Source of the DNA: Candidatus Hydrogenedentota bacterium
GTDB taxonomy: Bacteria > Hydrogenedentota > Hydrogenedentia > Hydrogenedentales > SLHB01
Length of the DNA stretch: 64,000 nucleotides
NCBI GenBank assembly: GCA_963668025.2
Contig: CAXXTH010000003.1
Span: forward strand, 122,894-186,893
Reading direction: 5' to 3'
Under the pieces are notes generated by a model. It did no database searches. It saw nothing but the letters and a program-made list of their open reading frames with translations, and was not told the DNA's origin. Made by a program: the position numbers and the translations under genes. Positions 58,930 to 64,000 of the stretch are shown in pieces (the stretch's first letter is position 1; each line of letters begins with the position of its first letter).

Positions 58930-59948
58930 CGCCACGATATTTGCAGGCCATAGGAACAATATTCATCATCATCTGGGCATGCGGCGCTTGGGCCGCCGAA
59001 CCGCCCCAAACGCCCATTTCGGAAGCCCGGGCGCTTCTCGGCCAGTTCCGCGAAACCGTGCGCACCCTCCAATCGGGCGGCGCGGATCAAGCGAAAGCCC
59101 AGGAACAAATGGCCTCGGCCATGAAAGATTTGGAGAAAATCCGCGCCTTGTTCGAATTAGGCGGCGCGGCGGACTCGAATGACGCGGATGCGCTTCAAGA
59201 CTACGCCGATGTCCTGCGTTCCATGGGTGATACCGACCTCGCCGTCAAGGCCCTGGAGCGGGCCGTCCACATCGAGCCTAATGCCGCCAAAGCCTGGCTT
59301 TCCCTAGGAGAAAACGAAGCAACGCTCGGTTCCGCCCACGCCCCAAACGCGCAACGCGCGTTGCGGCAGGCCGCCACCTTGCTCGATACGCCACGCAGTG
59401 ACGACGAACGCAAAACCGCCTTGTCGGTACATCGTGCATTGGGCAGGCTGTATTATGAAAATGGGCTATACGACCTATCCCGGCAAGCCTTCCTTCATGC
59501 GCATGAGCTTGCGCCAGACGACGCCGAAGCGCACGTGGGCCTCGCCATGCTCGATGTGCGGGACGGCAAGATCCTCGACGCCTCGAACGCACTAGACGCC
59601 ATTAACGCCGATTCCTTCCGCGCAAACATGATGATCGGCCAAATGCTCGATCCCGCCCTGGACGCCTTCGACGAATCGCGCCGCTGGTTTCCCGATACCG
59701 CGCAAGACAACGCCGCCTATGCCAAACTCTTGATCCGCGCCAATCGCATCAATCAAAGCGTGCCGCCCATGGAACGCGCGGTCAAGCTCGACCCGAACCA
59801 ATATGTCTATTGGAACCTGCTCGCCAGCGTGAACCGGCCCTTGAACAACGTATCCCGCATGCGCGAGGCCTACGAGCATTCGCTCGCGCTCAACCCAAAC
59901 CAACCATTTGTTCAGGAGGCCCTGGCGCAGCTCGCCAACACGAATTGA
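58923..59948 (+). CDS. Secreted tetratricopeptide-repeat protein
   Basis: Signal peptide (AWA); repeats ALERAVHIEPN, AHELAPDD, AVKLDPNQ, SLALNPNQ; AAGGAGGAG RBS. Confidence 0.85.
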   Translation: MLTPRYLQAIGTIFIIIWACGAWAAEPPQTPISEARALLGQFRETVRTLQSGGADQAKAQEQMASAMKDLEKIRALFELGGAADSNDADALQDYADVLRSMGDTDLAVKALERAVHIEPNAAKAWLSLGENEATLGSAHAPNAQRALRQAATLLDTPRSDDERKTALSVHRALGRLYYENGLYDLSRQAFLHAHELAPDDAEAHVGLAMLDVRDGKILDASNALDAINADSFRANMMIGQMLDPALDAFDESRRWFPDTAQDNAAYAKLLIRANRINQSVPPMERAVKLDPNQYVYWNLLASVNRPLNNVSRMREAYEHSLALNPNQPFVQEALAQLANTN

Positions 59949-59983
59949 GACCACTAAATACACTAAATACACTAAAATTTTAA
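59945..59983 (+). repeat. Family A 9-bp triplet module overlapping the TPR stop codon
   Basis: TTGAGACCACTAAATACACTAAATACACTAAAATTTT. Confidence 0.85.
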
Positions 59984-60183
59984 GGAATTGAATAGGGCGT
60001 ATCCCGACGCCCAAAAGATATCTCGATATAAGATGAATACAACATTCCAAATACAGTGTTTTCGCAATAAAACATAGAGCCTTATGTACAACAAGCCAAC
60101 AAAGTCTTGTTTTCTTACAAGAATTTTTTGTGTAAGTCAAATGGATTCAAATTGTTATGGCATACGTGTTTTCATGCTTTGGT

Positions 60184-60360
60184 TGGCTCTTCCTGTAGCT
60201 GGTGGGGCAAGCCCCCCCGCTTGCGGGGGGACAAAAGGGGGGGGTGCCTCTTTCTTTGACTGGGGATCAAGCACCCACCTCCCCGCTTGCGGGAGGACAA
60301 AGAGTTTGAATTGCTGTCATTTGAACAGAACGCACACCCACCACTTGCGGGGAGACAAAG
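60184..60360 (+). repeat. Repeat family C (CCCCGCTTGCGGGGGGACAAAG hairpin units), left cluster
   Basis: Three units at ~60212, 60278 and 60336; the ~80 bp at 60224-60302 is directly repeated at 61167-61246. Confidence 0.85.
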
Positions 60361-60705
60361 ACATGCCCATGTTGGCCTTGATCTCAAGGGTGCACCCACT
60401 ACTTGGCATCGGTTGCGCCGGGAGGACTCCTATCCAGATCTTCCGGGAAGAGTCAAATATGTTGATCATGGCAGCAAAATCTGTATTGACAGAAATGGTA
60501 AAGAGGTCTACCATGACCATAGGTGATGTTCTGGGAGTCACGACACACCCATATGGGAAATGTCAGTTACATATAATGTGGGTAGTCGTCCTCATGCTCA
60601 TCTGCTTGGTTGCGGGAGCTTTGTTTTGGTGGTTACGTAGTTTAAGGAGACGAGTACGAGTAGATTTAGTATTACTTAGTCTGAAATTGATTTATGGAGA
60701 TTAAT

Positions 60706-61146
60706 ATGCCCCAATTATGTCGATTGTTTGGCAGCAAGAGTGATTTCGCATTAAGATGGTGGAGATTGAGCATAGATGCTTCTGCAACAGTGCTCTCCAT
60801 GGTAGCTTTTGTAATTCTCAGGCGCACTGTTAGTCCATTATCCATATTCTCGACTCCAACGATACTCGGTATCTTCTTAATGCTGATGGTTCCTGCCGTT
60901 AGAATGATTTCGTTAGTAGGAATGCAAAGGGATAACCCAAACAGAGCATGTGATTTTTTGCAGTCCTTGTCTGGTCTTTTCTTTGTTTCTGGAATGTCAC
61001 TAATTTTATTGGACGGTCGTTTTGATATTTGTTTTTCCCCAAAGACGGACATCTGCGCACTAGGGTTGCTTATATTAAACGTGTGGTCAGTTATTATAAC
61101 GTGTTGGAAGGGACTTCAAATCGTCGCTGGTTGCATATTCCGATGA
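60706..61146 (+). CDS. Small 4-TM membrane protein, AT-rich
   Basis: GGAGA RBS; four hydrophobic segments; no family recognised. Confidence 0.6.
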   Translation: MPQLCRLFGSKSDFALRWWRLSIDASATVLSMVAFVILRRTVSPLSIFSTPTILGIFLMLMVPAVRMISLVGMQRDNPNRACDFLQSLSGLFFVSGMSLILLDGRFDICFSPKTDICALGLLILNVWSVIITCWKGLQIVAGCIFR

Positions 61147-61163
61147 ATATGCGGACACGTACG

Positions 61164-61330
61164 GGCGGGGGGGGCAAAAGGGGGGGGTGCCTCTTTCTTT
61201 GACTGGGGATCAAGCACCCACCCCCCCCGCTTGCGGGGGGACAAAGGGGGGTGGCTCTTCCTTGATCGGTGGGGCAAGCCCCACCCTACAAATTTTAGTG
61301 TATTTAGTGTATTTCGTGGACTTAAAATCC
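61164..61330. repeat. Family C direct repeat followed by an inverted family A copy
   Basis: GGGGGTGCCTCTTTCTTTGACTGGGGATCAAGCACCCA..CCCCGCTTGCGGGGGGACAAAG..GGTGGGGCAAGCCCCACCCTAC..TTTTAGTGTATTTAGTGTATTTCGTGG. Confidence 0.88.
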
Positions 61331-61354
61331 ATCTCTTGATAAGGAGTGCCCCTC

Positions 61355-61801
61355 GTGTCCCCAGATCCTAAATTCGCGTTCCTCAAAACCCAGTTCGAGA
61401 AAGATCGCCTCGCACAGTATCTCGGCATCGAGATGGTGGACTATGGCGAAGGCTTCGCCGTTGTCCGCATGGTAATCAAAGAATGCCACCTAAACAGCAT
61501 CGCCACGGCCCATGGCGGCTCCTACTTCACCCTCGCTGATTTCGCCATGGCCATCGCGTCGAATGCGTATGGTCCAATATCGGTCGCCTTGAACGCCAAT
61601 ATGACCTTCATGAAAGCAGCGAGAGAGGGCGATGTATTGACCGCTTCGGCGCGGGTGGTTTCCAAGACCCGCCGCACGGCCACGATTATTATCGAAGTCG
61701 CCAATCAACAAGGCGAGCTTATGGCGCTGATGCAAGGCGTAGTGTACCGAAAAAGCGAGCTTCTCCCTGGCGCACCCGATAACACGGAAACGGTCCATTA
61801 A
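61355..61801 (+). CDS. PaaI-family hotdog-fold thioesterase
   Basis: YLGIE, HLNSIATAHGGSYFTLADFA; AAGGAG RBS 8 nt before GTG 61355. Confidence 0.88.
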   Translation: MSPDPKFAFLKTQFEKDRLAQYLGIEMVDYGEGFAVVRMVIKECHLNSIATAHGGSYFTLADFAMAIASNAYGPISVALNANMTFMKAAREGDVLTASARVVSKTRRTATIIIEVANQQGELMALMQGVVYRKSELLPGAPDNTETVH

Positions 61802-61817
61802 TCCGCGAAAACATGCC

Positions 61818-63162
61818 ATGACGCAACGGCTCCTCAGATACCTGTTCGTGGGCATGAGCGCGGGCCTATGTGCGCTCCTGTTGCATTCCGATCTGTCGCA
61901 AAACGCACAAGAAGAATACATGGGGGAGATGCGCATACTGGCAGGCGCTTCCGCCTCCATCGCCGTGCGCCCGGCAAACGCCAGCGGTGAAAGCCTGTCC
62001 ATCACCACAGGCGAGGAACTTGCCGAAGCCCTGCCCGAAACCGCCCGGAACTGGCTCGATCCGAACGCCGTGTATGCCGCCATGCGGCTGCCATTCGTCG
62101 TATACATCGACGAGGTGGAAATCCTAACACCATCGAAACCTAATGGCCGCCTTTTGCTCGAAAAGAACGGGATTAAACAATCGGCGGACTGCCAGCCGTC
62201 CACGTCGATCGTGCTCGGTGACGATGCATTTCAAATTGAAGGCATTCAGCGCTGGGCGGGGCTCCTGAGCGAGCCGCAAGGTGAGCCTATGGCGGCTATC
62301 AGCGTCCTGGCGCCCGATGGCGCTTGGAATGGCCCCCTGTTTCTGCGCACGCAATCCGAAATGGCCCTGAACGGAGCCATTCGGCTGGAATTGCACGCCC
62401 ATCCTTCTGAAAACGAGGCCCGTGAAGCGGCCCGCGATACGAGTGCATTCGCCCGCACCGCACGGTGGGGCGCCGCCGATGGCGCATCCATGCAATGGCT
62501 GGATTCCTTCATACCTGGCACGGGAATCACTTGCGCCGACGGCACGGCGGTTACGCTGCTGGACGCCCAAGGCATTGACGATGTCGGACGCCGGTATCTC
62601 CTCCTCCAAGTGGAGAAAGACAAACACGTACAGCAGGTCCGCGTGACAGCGAACGAGCGCCTCCCAGATGCGCCATATCAGTTTGACCTACCCGATTCCG
62701 CCATGCCCACGTGCATTCTATACATAGGACGTGACGGCGTCGTGCTGGCAAGATGCGGCCAGCAAGGCGGCAATAAAGAATGGAGCGTGGGGGAGGAGTG
62801 GCGTCCGGAAGGCATTGGCATCACGCTACGGCTCGATGGCGCACTCCTGGCCGCAGTGGGCGTGGCGCGCGAGGATTCGCCCTACATGGAAACGGCGTTG
62901 ATTGCAAATGGAAAGCGGCTCACCGTGCGCGAGGGGCGAATTGGTTCAATACCAGGGTTTCATGCTACGCTTCGAGTCGTCCGCCGCGCCGCCGGTGGTG
63001 CGCTATTCAGGCCGCATACGGCAAGGGGAAGCGGATACGCCATTCACGCTGGGGGCTTCGGACTCACTGCCCGTCGAGAGCTGGGTGATGCGCCAAGGCG
63101 CTCCCGATCCCCGGCGCACCAATATGGCCGTGCTGGAAGTGTATAAACGCCCAGGAGGATGA
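61818..63162 (+). CDS. Membrane-anchored extracytoplasmic hypothetical protein with a +1 frameshift at ~62955-62960
   Basis: N-terminal TM. After IPGF the plausible sequence continues in the next frame (MLRFESSAAPP..VYKRPGG), whose stop overlaps the ATG of the next gene. Confidence 0.65.
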
Positions 63163-64000
63163 ACGTGGAGCGACGCCGGACCCCATATTGGGTGCTGTTC
63201 ATCGCGTTGGGCTGCGCGCTCATCGAGCCTGCCACGCATGTGTGGATTCATTATTTCCCGCCCAGTGGCACAGCCCCGTCCGGCTTGCACACCTACGACA
63301 GCATTTTCTATCTCATCCCGATGCGCATGTTCTACACGGGATTCCACTCGCCCTACGCCACCGTCCAAGACGTACTCGGCCCGCATAACATCCTGCATTT
63401 CACGCAAATCATCGATTATGTGCATGGATGCATGGGCTTGCTGGGCCATTGGGCGGGCCTCCACGAATTCATCACACTCGGCATATCGAACGGTCTAGGC
63501 GTCTTTCTCTACCTGCTCGCAGTTTATGCCCTCCTCCGCCGCATCATTCCCCGCGCATCCGGCGGGGCATTCACGCTCTTCGCGTTAAGCGGCGGGCCCG
63601 GCGGCCTTATGTATATCGTGACGGGATCCTTGGGCATGCATCACGTCCCGAATTTTGAGCCATATTTCAACCGCTACGCGCGATACGAACTGCTGGAAGG
63701 CGCGTTCATTAAGCCTTTATCCATCATGCCCCGGCTGTACTACACCCTGTCTCTCGCCCTATGCCTCTACGGCCTCGCTCTTTACCTCGATTATGAACGC
63801 GAGAACCGGCGGCGGACGCTGTTATTCGCTGCTTTAGCCCTGTTCGCTGGAACGCTGGTGAACCTGCGCATTGGCCCCATGGCATGGGGCGTGCTCCTAC
63901 TGCGCGTGTTTGTTCTGCCGCCGGCCGAACGGAAACGGGGCTTTCGCCTTACGATGTTATTGGCGATGCCCACATGCATCGGCGTCATGCTGAGCCTGGC
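63159..64000 (+). CDS. Polytopic membrane protein (possibly GT-C-like), runs off the window end
   Basis: AGGAGG then ATG 63159; open to the end: MNVERRRTPYWVLFIALGCALIEP..DSIFY..LGVFLYLLAVYALLRR; many TM segments. Confidence 0.7.
   Translation, partial: MNVERRRTPYWVLFIALGCALIEPATHVWIHYFPPSGTAPSGLHTYDSIFYLIPMRMFYTGFHSPYATVQDVLGPHNILHFTQIIDYVHGCMGLLGHWAGLHEFITLGISNGLGVFLYLLAVYALLRRIIPRASGGAFTLFALSGGPGGLMYIVTGSLGMHHVPNFEPYFNRYARYELLEGAFIKPLSIMPRLYYTLSLALCLYGLALYLDYERENRRRTLLFAALALFAGTLVNLRIGPMAWGVLLLRVFVLPPAERKRGFRLTMLLAMPTCIGVMLSL

Noticed and set aside
60212-60360. CRISPR-like appearance of three hairpin units with 30-45-nt spacers
   Set aside because: The units are degenerate, one spacer is duplicated at 61.2 kb, and there is no cas gene or leader. 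Better explained as REP-like repeats.
60084-60704. 206-aa ORF across the family C repeats
   Set aside because: It is largely translated repeat sequence (PPACGGTKGG) and has no RBS.

Overview
Bacterial chromosomal window, GC-rich in coding regions. An H-X9-DG pilin-like protein, a long-form HflX and the repeat style suggest a Planctomycetota/Hydrogenedentota-like lineage (inference only). Housekeeping genes: carB (5' truncated, one +1 frameshift), ilvE, nagB, purC-purF, dxs, parA-parB-serS, hflX, yjbQ and a PduO-type adenosyltransferase. Also present are a GH31 hydrolase, a CDF transporter, an ABC exporter and a six-gene signalling cluster (three histidine kinases, a single-domain receiver, a REC-PP2C phosphatase and a STAS protein). 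No rRNA, tRNA, CRISPR array, transposase or integrase was recognised. The most unusual feature is a modular set of short intergenic repeats: 9-bp triplets, a TTTGGTTGCGGC..GCCGCG hairpin, GTAG- and CGTC-type REP palindromes and a CCCCGCTTGCGGGG hairpin. Inverted pairs of these enclose AT-rich cargo at 18.6-19.4 kb (promoter, 24-aa ORF, structured RNA) and 59.9-61.3 kb (gene fragment plus a 4-TM protein). The first sits in an island with an orphan VapB antitoxin and an SNF2 helicase fused to a PD-(D/E)xK nuclease. Other notable points: hflX apparently starts at a non-canonical codon (probably AUU), a xylose-isomerase-fold protein and a GT4-fold protein have lost catalytic residues, and there are several candidate structured RNAs. 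All assignments come from motif reading by eye; no searches were run.
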